Shown: positions 15,531 to 30,392 of the stretch, one piece after another
Numbering within the stretch: the stretch's first letter is position 1
Layout: every line of letters starts with the position of its first letter
NCBI RefSeq assembly: GCF_009914755.1
Contig: NC_060937.1
Strand: one strand, 5' to 3'
Length of the DNA: 64,000 nt
DNA from: the human T2T-CHM13v2.0 reference genome, Homo sapiens
Program-made: the position numbers and the translations under genes
Notes under the pieces: model-generated
What the model was told of the DNA's origin: nothing
The model's database searches: none
Seen by the model: only the letters and a program-made list of their open reading frames with translations

Positions 15531-16098
15531 ATAGTCTATCTGTATTGCATTATCTTCTAAAATCCAAAATTCTGACTTCAAAAACTCATCTGAGGGTTTT
15601 GGAATTGTGTATCTATGTGTGTGAAGTGCAAAGAGCAGTGCTTCATGTGACAGATAACATCAGATGATCCTAGGCTGGAAGGTGGAAATCCTAGAGAAGA
15701 TTTTTTTGTGTTGTAAGTTCAGTCTTTCAAGATGTGGAATTCTGTCTGAGGAAAGTATATCACCTAGTTAACAATTGTTACTGTAATTTATAAAATTTGT
15801 ACTTTGGAGAGCATAAGAATTCATGAAAAGTTTTTAATAATTTTACTTAAACAGAGCTTAATTATGTAAGTATTGTCAGCACTTTATAAAGAATCGTAAA
15901 ATAAAATAGTGGCAGAAAATATAAACTAGATGTAGAATGTTAAGGAACTTTCGGAAGTTCTCTGGTTTTCATTTCAATTTCAAAGCTCAAAACAGAAGGT
16001 AAAACTATTAGGATTTGTGAAAAATACAAGGTACAAAATCACGCAGTTTATAAACCACAGATTGTCTTGTTATTCCCATCAGTGAAAAGAAGCTGATA

Positions 16099-16409
16099 TT
16101 TGTTTGTGTTTGTTTTTGTTTTTGTTTTTGAGACGGAGTCTCGCTCTGTCGCCCAGGCTGGAGTGCAGTGGCGCCATTTTGGCTCACTGCAAGCTCCGCC
16201 TCCCGGTTCACGCCATTCTCATGCCTCAGCCTCCCAAGTAGCTGGGACTACAGGCGTCCGCCACCATGCCCGGCTAATTTTTTGTATTTTTAGTAGAGAC
16301 AAGAGTTTCACCGTGTTAGCCAGGATGGTCTCATCTCCTGATCTTGTGACCCGCCCGCCTCGGCCTCCCAAAGTGCTGGGATTACAGGCGTGAGCCACCA
16401 TGCCCAGCC
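16099..16409 (-). mobile_element. AluY
   Basis: Diagnostics caagctccgcc, cacgccattctc and ccgtgttagccaggatggtctc. Confidence 0.9.
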
Positions 16410-18057
16410 TGCTGATAGATGTTTTTATGAGTTAATTCATCAATCTTATTATTCTTGCCCCAAATGAATCAGTGTGGAGCATATACAAGTGTGTAGACAT
16501 TAATATGGGCTCACTGTCAGCTGGGAGTTCTCACAACTACCACTTTTTACTGATTATCTGTTTTCTAAACTTTTTCTGTGGCTTGAAGTGACTGAAAGTG
16601 AACACATTCATAAGTAATGAGCTTAGGCTGAGGATATATATCCAGTGGGGGATGAAACATGCTTAAGAAATTGAGTGCATTTCCTTTATTATTGTTATTA
16701 TTTTGCTATTTCAAAACAATTGACTTTAAAAAATTATACTTCACCACAGAGACAGGTGTTGTTTTGTAATGGAAGGAGTAGTAACTTATGAATCTAGACT
16801 CTTAAAATCCCAGTTCTGATACTTTCATAATTGTGTGTTTTGAGGGCAAGTGACTTATCTGAACTTTTTTCTTTTTTATAACACTGGATGATAATTAACC
16901 CTCAGGATTGTGAGGATTTAATAACTAAGTCCTGACTCAAATTATGTTACCAATAAATGCTACTTAAATGTAAAGTCCTTGATTTATTTTTTCCCCTCAG
17001 TCCTGTTTAGTGTTGAAATTCTTCAAAGGAGGGTGAGTCTGGCATTTACCTGCTATTCAAGAGTTTTCAGAATTCAACCCCAGCCAAAATTTTTGGCCAC
17101 ATCTCTTGTCACTGCTTTGCTGTGTACTAAAGCTCCCAGACACACAAGAATCTTCTAGTCATGGTCAAACTTTTTCTGCAAAGGGCACTTACAGTCTATT
17201 GCATATTCTTTGTTTTTAGTGTTCAGACATCTGCTGTTTCTGAATATGTCGTGTATTTTCATTCCTTTTTCTGCCCCTCCTGGGCATCTCCAGTTTCCTA
17301 CTGATGTGTCAAAACTGAGTTTGTATGCTACCTCCAGGAAAGCAGTCTAATCTTTTGCAACTCTGTTACTGACTTTTGTGGCATTGGATTGGGTTATTTG
17401 CTTATGGTTGAGACATCACTGGATCCTTTGATGGAGTCATACCAAAACCACAACATGTCATGAGCATGCTTGAGAGTGCTAATCTATTCCTTGTTTGTCA
17501 GACCAGTACATTACAGTTGGTTCATTTCTTCCCCCGTGTGACTGAGTTTCTTGAGGGCGCGGTCTAGCTTCCATCTTTGTATGTGTAGCACCTGGTACAT
17601 AGAGAACAGGCTCCCAGAATTGGATGGATTTGCTCATGGTCTTATCACTGCACAGAATGCCCTTATTTTCTTCCATTCATTCTATGAGATCTCAATTAAA
17701 ATGTCAGTACTCTTGTGGAACTCCCCTCTCCATGCCCTCTACTGAAATGCATTGCCACTCTAGTTGTGATGTGGGAGTGCCTTGTTTATGCCTCTATTTA
17801 TGACACCTTCATGGTGTCACATGTTATAGGGTTAGTTGCGGCTGTGTCTGTTTTACCTTGTGTGTCTTGGTCAGTTAGTGTTATTTACTTAAGCTTTGGA
17901 TCTTTGATACATAGCGTAGTGCCTTTCACATAGTATGTACTCAAATATTGGAAGTTACTCATCCCAAACCATAGTGTTTAAAATTGGGGTTTTTTAAAAA
18001 TGTCAAGCCCTTAAAGTTGATCATTTATTTGTCAATGTAAATAGAATACTAATTTGT

Positions 18058-18219
18058 TTTCAAAAAGATGAGGTCTTGCTGTGGTGCTCAGGCTGGAGTG
18101 CAGTGGCTGTTCACAGGCGTGATAATTGTGTGTTACAGCCTCAAAGTCCAGGGCTCGAGTGATCTTCTCACTTCAGCCTCCTGAGTAGCTGAGACTAGGC
18201 GTGCACCACCGTTTCTGAC
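18058..18219 (-). mobile_element. Fossil Alu monomer (FAM-like)
   Basis: Monomer retaining the 7SL-type segment gtggctgttcacaggcgtgat, which dimeric Alus lack. Confidence 0.7.
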
Positions 18220-18399
18220 AGGATTTTAATTTTTAAGTAGGTTTTTAACCCACAGCCACGAGAGCTAATTTTAACTACATTGTTAGAGGTAGTAACAGTT
18301 ATATAACTAATCAAAACCAGTGTGATATCCAAGTACTTTTTTTTTTTTTTTTTTTTGCTATTTAATTTTGAGATACCGTTTTTTGGAGGGGTGTCCTGA

Positions 18400-18726
<327 letters not shown>

Positions 18727-19870
18727 GTTTTTTGTTTTGTTTTGTTTTGTGTTTTAATTGAACGGACTGAAGTTTACTTTCTAACTAGGTTAGCCCTCCA
18801 TTCATACAAAATTATGAGCCCAAATGTCTTGGGGAGAGTACAGGAGAGGCCAGATCTTAAAAGCCAGGAGTGGAATTAGGTTTGAGCATATGTAGCAATA
18901 TGGAAACAAAGAGTGAGTCAATTTATAAGCATACCAATCTTCTTGGAGACAAAAGTTTGAATTGCTCACGTGTCCATTTTTTTTCTGGAATCCCTGAAGA
19001 AATTTTGAGATACTGAGTACTAGAAAACCCTCTTTCATGAGGGTTGTATACTTTATTTTTAAACAGTATCAACACCGTTGAGGCCCTTCAAGTCTTTGCA
19101 GTCAAAAGCCATACACTTTTTCTTTGAGTGAGCCTTTACTTTAAGGTATGTAATAGAATAATATAGGTATCTGAAAAAGAACTTGGTTCATGACATCCAC
19201 TCATTCATTTATGCACTCAGCAAATATTCATTGATTGCCAAATACGCATCAGACACTGAGCTAGGTGCTAGGTACTAGGTAAACAAAATTCCCTGCCTTC
19301 ATGGAGCTTAGCTTGTGGTGGTGGAAAGAAGCCCTCAGCCTGAATACTCAACTTATGTCTGCCGTTTATTCCTTAACACATTAAACTATAGGTAATAGCA
19401 TATGTTAGTCTAATCTTTGTTTAGCAAAGCTATTTCTTGTTCTGGAATATAAGTACAGTTACAGCAGAATAAGTACCAAGGCAAGATTGGAGAATGACCG
19501 GTTGTGAACAGGGACTTAGGAATATGTGTAGCATAGGATTTTATTTTAGAGTTGTTAAAATCAGATCAACAGAGCATGTTTTTATGGGCCATCTGACAAG
19601 ACTAGAGGTAGCTTTGGAACCTCTTATTCCCTGGAATGCAAACATGTATTTGCATTTCATCCACTGTCAGTATGAGGAGACAAAAACGAAGTCAGGATTT
19701 TGGAGCTGGAATGGATCTTAAATACTATGTAGTCCAAACGTTTGGTTTTACAGATGCACTTTTTCCAGAGTGCTGTCATCTCATATACTTTTTTCTTCAT
19801 ACAGGTTTTTAATGTAACTCACTCAGATCGTTGGTGATAGACTCTCTCTTAAAACTTATTTATCCTAATC

Positions 19871-20163
19871 TTTTTTTTTTTTTTTTTTTTTTAAGAGACA
19901 GGGTTTTGCTCTGCTGTCCAGGCAGGCACACAATAGCTCACTGTAACCTCCAACTCCTGGAGTCAAGTGATCCTCCTGCCTCAGCCTCTCAGGTAGCTGG
20001 GACTGCACTACTAGTGCACTAAGCTAATTTTTAAATTTTTTTTGTAGAGACAGGGTCTTGCTGTGTTGCCCGGGCTGCTCTCTTAACTCCTGGCCTCAAG
20101 TAATCCTCTTGCCTTGGCTTCCCAAAGTGCTGGGATTACAAGCGTGAGCCACCATGCTTAGCT
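19871..20163 (-). mobile_element. Alu (AluJ-like)
   Basis: Reverse Alu dimer. Confidence 0.88.
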
Positions 20164-22316
20164 GATTTGCCCTAATCCTCTGCTGACATTCTGATATCAG
20201 ACAACTAAAATTATAACATTGGGCAGCTATTTTGTATGATATATAGGGTAGTGGTTCTTAAGCTTATTGGTGAGTAACCTTCACTTGGGAAGCTTATTTT
20301 TAAAAATGTAGACCTTCATTACTTTCCTCCTGAGATTTTGAATCAGTACCTTTGAGAGAGGGTCCAGTAAATCTTTGTTTTGAATGAACTGATGGTTTTG
20401 AAGCAGGTGACCTGGAGGACTGCATGTAGAACACAGTGATGTCAAGGAGTAAAGGAGAGAACAGAAGTGAGATTAGCACTAATCACCTCTAATGCCTTAT
20501 TTCCAGTAAAGTTTAGAGAAGAGGAAAAGCTACTTGGCTTGCTCCTTTGAAGGTTTTGTTTCCCTCTTAACACAGAAATTAAAAGGTAGAGGAGAGATGC
20601 TGAATGATGCTTTTTTTCTTCTTAATCTTGGGGGGTCATTATGATTAAGTTATTGAATCCATATCACCGTATGACAGCACATGATGAAAGAAAATCAGAT
20701 GTTTGTTTCAATCAAAGTGAAACAAAATGAGAATAACTATTTGGGCAAAACACTTTTATCACTGCTAAGATACTACTAGAACTGAGCAGAGAAATACTCA
20801 GAGAGAGCCATGGCATAGTACTAATTAATAATGGGGTACCATTTAGCAACTGGAATATTCTCTGATGATGCCTGTTTAATTACTCATAGGTGCTAAGTGA
20901 ATGTTAAAAATTACGGTGCTGGTTGAATAGGCCGAGTAGAATTTGTGTTAGGGCACATCCCATGGAGATCTTTTTTACTGCTTAATTTTTTGGAGTTACC
21001 TCAGTAACTTAACAGGCAGGAATATGGTTTTAATGGAAAGGAAACCATTTGCCTTTAACAGCATTAGTCCCGCTAAGAGAAAGTTTTTGCTTGTCTAGTT
21101 TATTACAGGTCTTTGACTTTGTCAGTATATGGCAAATTTAGTATAAAAGATGATTAATTATCAAGGCTGATGAAATATAGGCAGCTGAAAAGAAAATTCT
21201 TAGCAATTCATACCTTAGAAGGAACCCTGAAGGACAGGACGCCATAGAAATCCTGTTTTTTTAAAAAAGTAATTTCAAGTAAGTTTGCAAATGCAATGCT
21301 AGTAAAAAGTATATAGAGGTATGTCTTTCACACTATCTTGTTACTATTAGAATTTTTGTAGCCATGTGCAGAGGAGAGAAAAGGTGTTGGATTTTCTGCA
21401 GTTCTGATTCAGTTCTAAGAATTTGGTGTGAAAAGAATGTTTGCAAAGGAGCAGGCACAAAGGTGAGAACAGGAATACGAAACACAACATCTGTAAATGA
21501 CTAAATTCAGAGGGAATTTAGTGGGGCATATCTCTTAAATGGTTTTGAATAATTTGGTGTTTTAACCAATGACTTAATTTAACTTAGTGGGTATACTGTT
21601 CCCAGTCCCATTACTGATTTTTATTCCTCTGTGATAACATACACCCAAATAAAGACTGCTATGTATTTGACTTTAAAACTATAAAGATGTAAAAAAGGTT
21701 CACTAAGCCAAACACCTTAGAAAATAGCCTCAGCTATTTGCTATGTTTATATTATACCTGCATAAAAGTATTTATGTATAGATGTACTTACCTTACACAG
21801 TAAGTACCTAAAATTTGTAAATTGAATACTTTTGAATGTAAGCAGTTGAAGTAAAACCTGTAGTGAGTTCTTCAGTCAGTCAACACTAAACCTGTTTTGT
21901 AAATTTGATGCTAGTATTACACTGGACTTTCTCAAAATGAAGTACACCTATATATGCATATAGTATATGAGCATGCGTATTTGTACAAAAGCCCTTCAAA
22001 AGGAGTTCAGCTTTTATAAACACCAAAACACTCTCTGCCTGTAAAATGTTTTTGCTGAAATTTGTATCATTAACTCTCAAATTTACATCTTCATGTTTGA
22101 GATACGCTTTTAGGACTGTCTATGCATGTAGACTTTGGTCAACTCTCTCCTCCTCCCTCAATAAATCAGTTAACTTAAAAAATATATTGTGACCATTTTT
22201 ATAAAATACATGTTCATAAAACAGATCAACATATTTAGCTTATACAGAAATAAAATTAAGTCAATCCACTCACAAAGAATTTCTATTTTGTAAAAATGTA
22301 GCTTGTATTTCAGTAT

Positions 22317-22322
22317 AATAAA
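22317..22322 (+). terminator. Candidate distal SUGT1 poly(A) signal AATAAA
   Basis: Three TGTA elements just upstream (22289, 22297, 22304) and GT-rich sequence downstream. Additional AATAAA at 22160 and 22249. Confidence 0.6.
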
Positions 22323-23220
22323 ATCTGATGTAAGAAACTGTTGAGTGGGTTAAGTGGTTATTCTTAGTATTATATCTACTTTTTTAGTGTCACAGTTATT
22401 TGAGGTGCTGGTGGAAGGGGAGGTGTAAAAACACACAAGTTTTTGCAGCCAGAAAATGAAAACATTTTCCATGTGCTGACTAAATGGCAGCTGTCACATA
22501 TTTCCTTCCATTCCGAGTCAAACTAGGACCTTGAAATCTAACTTGAGATGTTCCATCAGGATTGGTTTGTACCACTTCTGAGAATTAAATGAGTATCTAA
22601 TGAAGTACCAATAATACACATAAGTCTATACACACATACTAACATTTCAGTCAAGATTCAGCACAGCAAACTGGGCTGTATTTGCAACTTTTAGACTGGC
22701 CTGGTTAAAAGTAATTTGAGAAATTAGTAGTACCAAGTTGTGAAGAAATTTGTAATTCTTCCCTGTTGCCCTCTCTTCCTTTATTGAATGCTCATCTGTC
22801 CACTTCTCTTTCAAAGTAGACCCTTATTTTCATCCTTGAATACAATTTAAGTCTCCTTTGTCATTCCTATCCTTAATCCAACCTTGAATTTTTCCTCTGT
22901 TATTAAATCATCCTGATTTTTTCTGTTAAATTGATGTCCTTGGGTATTATAGTGACGTTTCATAACACAACATAATCCCTTGGCCTGTTAGAAGTAAATT
23001 ACGCACCTCCTATATTTTCATCTAATTATGAAGCTTTGAAAGGGAGCATCTTTTCAAAAGTCAGCCTTCCCTTATGACCTGCTGTCCTTATTAAGATGCC
23101 TCTTTGGCCTGTATGGCACCTGCTCAGTTTTCACATGGGAAGCTACCAAGGGGGATTCATCTAAGGTGAAAACTTAACCAGCTCCCTCCTTGCCTGCAAC
23201 TTTTCATTTCCTATTTCCTA

Positions 23221-23230
23221 CACACACACA

Positions 23231-23277
<47 letters not shown>
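23221..23277. repeat. (CA)n microsatellite, one GA interruption
   Basis: Read directly from the sequence. Confidence 0.95.
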
Positions 23278-23279
<2 letters not shown>

Positions 23280-24738
23280 CCCAGATTAACATGCCACTTA
23301 AAGCTTCTGCCTACATTTTCATCTTGATATTTCCTACCCCGACCTGAATGCTGTTTTCCTGCTTGTACCATGCAGCTTCACTTCACACCTCTGGTCTTAC
23401 TCAAACTCCCTCTGCCTGGAATGCAAATCTTCTGTCACCTTCACTTGGCTAATTCCTGCTCATCCTTGAAAATCTAGAGAGTAGACATTCTCCAAGAAGC
23501 CCATTGCTTCCATCTTTATCAAGGCTTTGTCTGGTGTGCCTTGATTATCTGTATCTCTCATAAGACCATATGCTCTTCTGGGCTGGGATCACTAAATCAT
23601 TCTCTTTATTTTTAGAACCCAGTACAGGTTGCTGAGCCATGGGGGTGGGAGATGATATGCAGAACCATTGACGCATATTTCTTTCGTTAATAGAGTAACA
23701 GCAGTTTTAAAGACTAAACGTGGAATTCATAACTGCAGGAAGTAGCTGCTTCCTGAGAACAGTGTGACCATTACATGTCATTACGGTGCCTTTCCTTCGT
23801 CTCTTTTCTCCAGAGACCTAGGCTTGCTGTGTATTTCATTAAATGGAGGGATCTGAGTGTTCACCTGAAAACCAGGTTTTTAAAATTCTGTATCATTTTT
23901 ATAGACTTTAATTGGAAAACACCAGTATTAGGGATTTACTGTGGAATACACAATAATAAGGTATATTCTGAATATGAGAGTGTAGTGAGATCATGGCATC
24001 AAGACCTTTCTGTCGTCTCAGAATCTGTGTTTTGGAAAACTTCTATTTTCCTTAGGAAAGTTGTTTATCTATCAAACGGTGGGATGCAAAACTGAAATGT
24101 CAAAAATATAAAATACCTGCTCATCCTCTTGATCTAATATTTCAATTTCTAAAGACAGTCCTTGTTCCTGAGAGACTTTATGTCATTATACATAAATAAG
24201 CTATTCCTCCTCAGCTGTATCTGCCAAGCAACACTGTCAGCCCTGTAACTAGGAGAGTAACTTATTGGTAATTGGACTACAGCCGCAGCCTGATTTGTAC
24301 TACAAAGGTAAAAATCATTATGCTTCTTCATGCCCAGTGACCACTTAGAAAACAGATTGAGAAAGGTGTGAAGACCTGCTTTTCAGAATGTCAATAAAGT
24401 CCTTCCTCCCCACAAGTCTGATTTATCTTCGACTGCATTTTTCTTTATCCTAGTGCTGTTTCCCTGGAGGTGACTCTTAACACAGGTCACATGCCAGTGC
24501 ACTCAAATAATTCCCCATGAGCTTCCAGATTGAGGCTAAAAATGTTCACTTTTAGGTAGATTCCATTATATATCCTTTCCTTTTTCTGTGTGTTTTTATC
24601 TGGGAATTCTGGGGACAAAAAAGATTAAGAACAGTTGAGGAATTCTGTACAAATAACAATGACTTATTTTCATCATGACTTAATTAAAAGGAGCTCAAGT
24701 GTACAATTGAGATTTTTGGCAAACTGTAAATTTTCATG

Positions 24739-24744
24739 TTTATT
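24739..24744 (-). terminator. CNMD poly(A) signal AATAAA
   Basis: TTTATT on the + strand, ~300 nt beyond the CNMD stop codon. Confidence 0.7.
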
Positions 24745-25043
24745 TCAAAATAGCTTTGGAAGATACAAGCAAGGGAAGACTTATGGCAAAGCAATGCAAA
24801 TAAAAAATAACAAATAATAAAGGGGTTATGGCATTTTAGACTTGAACTACCCTTTCAGTACATTTGCATATACTAAAGTTCTGGAAAACAATTGAAAAAA
24901 TTCTGTTAAGAGTGTCAAGAATAACCGCTCAGGTTGAGTGTAAAAATATTTTATGGTCCCATCAGCATCAACCTGCCTTAATGCTTCTTTGGTTGTCTCT
25001 TCAGCTAGTTCTTATTTTACAGCACATGATATATGAAGTGATT

Positions 25044-25277
<234 letters not shown>

Positions 25278-25978
25278 TTATTTGTGATAACTGCATAGTG
25301 GGAAGGTCATAGCATGCATGTTATTTTTAAATAAGATTCTGAATTTTTCACTGCTACAGGAAGGTGTAATCTGTAAAGGGTTTGATCTTGTTTACCCTGT
25401 CATTCATAATTCATGTTTACTGCTGTCATTCATAATTCCTTTTGACACCAAGGAATCTACACCTACCTCACCTGTCACTGACTAGAAAGTTGTTTTGTCT
25501 TTTAAAACGATATCCTGAAGTTTCTCCATGCCTTTAATGAACTATGGTTACCACTTAGTAACTCAGCTTGTTTTAAGTAGGAAAGCAAGAAGGAAGCATT
25601 ATGATAAAAAGTAGCATTTCTGCCACTGCTAATTCTAAGTCAGTGGAATGCTTGTGGCTTCTTGCAGTAATAGCTTCCAGGGCTCTAGAAGCACTTTTTG
25701 AAACTCATCAATCTAGGCTAAAGACAGATTTCAATTCCAGTTGCACTGGCTCTGAGAACACTGTCAAGTCATTTAGTTTTCTCCTGCTTTCATTTCAGTA
25801 ACAGAATGGGGATGTTATCTCTATAGGGACAAAGGGGTCTCAGGAAAAGACTCCACAAAAACATGTAAAATTCAAGGCCTTAAACTTTGCCTTCTAGTTT
25901 TTTATGTAAATATAGTTATATAAACACAAGATTACATTGGTGAAGTAAAAATCTCCATTTTCACTGCTGGTGAGATTA

Positions 25979-26536
<558 letters not shown>

Positions 26537-27499
26537 TTTCAAACATACTGGAGAGTAGAGAAAATTATAGATTGAACACCAATAGACTCATCTAGATTGG
26601 ACAATTGCTAACCTATTGTCAAATTTGCTTTTCCCCTTCCTGCAACAGCAAAAGATAGGGAAATAATTTATATGTCCATCAAAGCAAAACTAGTATTTTA
26701 AAGTAAATTCTGAAGTGAATTTAAAGAGAATTGGAGGAATTGTGACATTTCTTCCATAAATACATTAGAATGTGCCCCCCAAAATAAGGATATTTTCCTA
26801 AATTTACAACCAGATTGCCATTATCACAAAATTAACAACATGATCTGATACAACCCATATTCAAGTTATGTCATCAAAATATTTATTATCTTACTCTTAA
26901 AGCATTCATTTTTTAATTCATCAGACTCACTCTGTTCTTTACCTTATTTCTTGAATAGGTTAATCTGGGACAGCAAAAAGACAACAACCTCATTTATTAA
27001 TTATGAGGCAGGGAGAGTTAAAAGGCCTGTCAGTTGAGGCACTTCCTTATCTGAGGACCTGGCAAAAGTTTTAGGATTGAAAGGTTGGGAGGAAATCTCA
27101 TGTTGTTACCCTAAGATACGTTTTTTAAAGGAATAACTGAATGAGATCATGGAGATAAATGCTTTAACCATTTCTGCTTAAAGTCCAACATATAATAAAG
27201 GAAAAAATTGATATAATTGGAGTTTTTCAAGGGATAAAGGTCACTCAAGACTGGATCCAAGGCAAAGTCATATCCTGCCTGTCTATAAAGGGGCTGATGC
27301 CCTCACCCCTTGAGCCAGATTCAGCCAGCCCAGCTCTCTAGGGAATAAACAGTATTAAATTTTATTTGCCTATTCAGATTCTTTTTATTCTTCTTCAAGC
27401 TAAGGTAGTAAAGTATTGTGGCATCCTGAATTTTCTGATAAGCCTTTGGTTGTTTAGAAAATACTTCTTGCTCCAAGCTTTTCTAAAATATTTTTAAAA

Positions 27500-28345
27500 T
27501 GATAAACTAGGAAATATATTTGCAACACCTGAAATAGTGTTGGACTGAATAGGCTACATAGAAAAACGTGCAAATGACTTAGTATATGAAAAGATGCTCA
27601 CCCTTACACATAATTAAAGACAAGCAAGATAAACAACCAGGAGATAGAATTTACACCCAAGAGATTGGTGAAAGTTTTTTTTAAGTTTGGTAAGAAGTGG
27701 GTCCTTTCATTACTGTTTGCAGACATAGGGCTGATGTAATTCCTTGAAAGGCAATTTGGTATCCTCCATTAAAATGTAAATCTACTTCGATGCAGCAGAC
27801 TCATGCTTCGGTATTTATGCTAAAGGTAGACTTCCATGTGTGTACAAAGAGGCACAATACTAATAGCTAATATTGAGAAAGTTACTGTTCACCTATGTAT
27901 CTCAAGCCCTGTGCTAAAAGAGCTCCACCTGCATTACCTTTATTTACTCCTCATAATCCTGTAAGTCATGTACAAGATTGTATCCTGTAACAGTATTTGC
28001 AAACAGCAAAAGACAGGGAAATAATTTATAGCCATGAAAGCATAACTAAATTTCTGTACATTTATGTATACAATGAGTTACTATTAAATGAATAGTAGTC
28101 ATTAAATGAATGAGGTACTATGTAGGAAAACAATCTCCAAAATATTGTAACTGGAAAGAAAGCAAGGTATAAAAGTTTTGTGTTAAAAGTGTGTGTGTGT
28201 GTGTGTGTGTCTGTGTGTGTGTACTTATGCAAAGAAACTGGACAAATAGTCATTGTTAATAGGTTGCTTTGGGGAGGGTGTCTGGAGTGGAAGGGAAACA
28301 CTTTTCTTAATATATCCTTTTGTACTGTTTTTAAAAAATTTCTGC
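27500..28345 (+). mobile_element. Old L1 (L1ME-like) 3' fragment, with internal (TG)n at 28189-28222
   Basis: aaatatatttgcaaca...gaaaagatgctca...aaggcaatttgg...acagcaaaagac L1 ORF2/3' motifs. Confidence 0.6.
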
Positions 28346-28350
28346 ATGTA

Positions 28351-28684
<334 letters not shown>

Positions 28685-28758
28685 TAAATACCTATTCTAC
28701 TTTTTCACTCCCTGAAAAGTATAATGGTAAATATTTTGTGGAAGATTTGAGTTTTTAG

Positions 28759-28975
28759 CACCTCGTGTCATCCTCACAAACATCACTTTTCAGTGTTTCA
28801 GCCTAAAGCGTTTTACATCTAAGTGTGGGTCTATCCTCTAACTGAACTGAGAGCCCCTGAGGGCAGATGACACCTCGTGTCATCCTCACAAACATCACTT
28901 TTCAGTGTTTCAGCCTAAAGCATTTTACATCTAAGTGTGGCTCTATCCTCTAACTGGACTGAGCCCCTGAGGGCA
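28759..28975. repeat. Two-copy tandem duplication, period 112 bp
   Basis: 28759-28865 vs 28871-28975 differ by about three substitutions and a 2-nt indel. Confidence 0.95.
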
Positions 28976-29282
28976 CAGTCTCCTGCCTGTGCACAGAGCC
29001 TGGGAAAGAGCAGGTGCCTAAATGACTGCCTGTTGAATAAAGTGGATATAAAGGGGGAAAGAGAATACTTCCATTCCATATGTTGCCTCCAGGGAGCACT
29101 CTAGGAAACATTTTCAAATAATCAAATTCCTGATATGAATTTGTTTTCATGAATTTGCCTGTGACTCAAAAAAAGGAGAGCACAGAAAACAACTGAATAA
29201 TAAGGGTTACCAGCCAATCAGGATTTTACACTACAGAGGTAATGCTTAAGTGTTCTTACCCTTAATTATAAACCTTGCAAAA

Positions 29283-29540
29283 GGTTGGGCGCGGTGGCTC
29301 ACACCTGTGATCCCAACAACATCTTGGGAGGCCAAGGCAGGTGGATCACCTGAGGCCAGGAGTTCGAGAACAGCCTGCCCAACATGGTGAAACCCTGTCT
29401 CTACTAAAAAAAAAAATACAAAAAATTAGCTGGGCATGGTGGTGGGCACCTGAAATCCCAGCTACTTGGGAGGCTGAGGCAGGAGAATTGCTTGAACCTG
29501 GGAGGCGATTCCCAGGCAGTGAAACAACAACAAAAAAACA
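29283..29540 (+). mobile_element. Alu (AluS-like) with deleted right-arm end
   Basis: Forward Alu whose right arm stops at gcagtga before an A-rich tail. Confidence 0.88.
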
Positions 29541-29596
29541 ACTTTGCAACAAATGAAAATGTATTTTTAAAATAATTGAATAAAAGTCTAAGTTGA

Positions 29597-29939
<343 letters not shown>

Positions 29940-29994
29940 TTGGCACTATGTTTAATGCATTTGTCTAATCATGTCAAAAAGCACCGGAACGCAC

Positions 29995-30161
29995 ATGATA
30001 AGGATTATCAGGATTGAAGGCTTGTGAGTCCTCTTGAACACTGGGTCTGGTTTCATTATTCAGTCTTCCAGCGCCTGGGTTGCTCCGTGGTCCACTGTGT
30101 GGTCTTTTTGTGGTAGTTGGAACAATTTTTCTTACCACTTCTCTTCTTTCCCTCTGGATTT
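29995..30161 (-). CDS. CNMD: CNMD exon 6: (E)IQRERREVVRKIVPTTTKRPHSGPRSNPGAGRLNNETRPSVQEDSQAFNPDNPYH
   Basis: CAG acceptor 30164-30162, donor GTGCGT at 29994. RERR furin site at 30153-30142 (aa 211-214). N-glycosylation sequon NET at N243. Confidence 0.96.
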
Positions 30162-30392
30162 CTGCAAAAATTTCTGTAAATTAATCCCTTTATTTGAATA
30201 ATTAAGGAAATTAGATCTGTGTTTATCAGGGTGAAAAACATAAGAAAAGGATATCAAAATTTGTGCATAACCAGATGGCTTAAAATTTTTGTACTGATGT
30301 TTGTAGTAATAAAACATGTTTTAGAGTCTTGGGCTAATAGTTAAACATACAGATAATCTGAATTTGGTTTTGTAATACTAATTGAGGATGAC

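Noticed and set aside
18058-18219. 7SL RNA gene
   Set aside because: It lacks the S domain and is diverged, which fits a fossil Alu monomer.
28759-28975. CRISPR-like or VNTR array
   Set aside because: Only two near-identical copies with no unique spacers, in a eukaryotic context.
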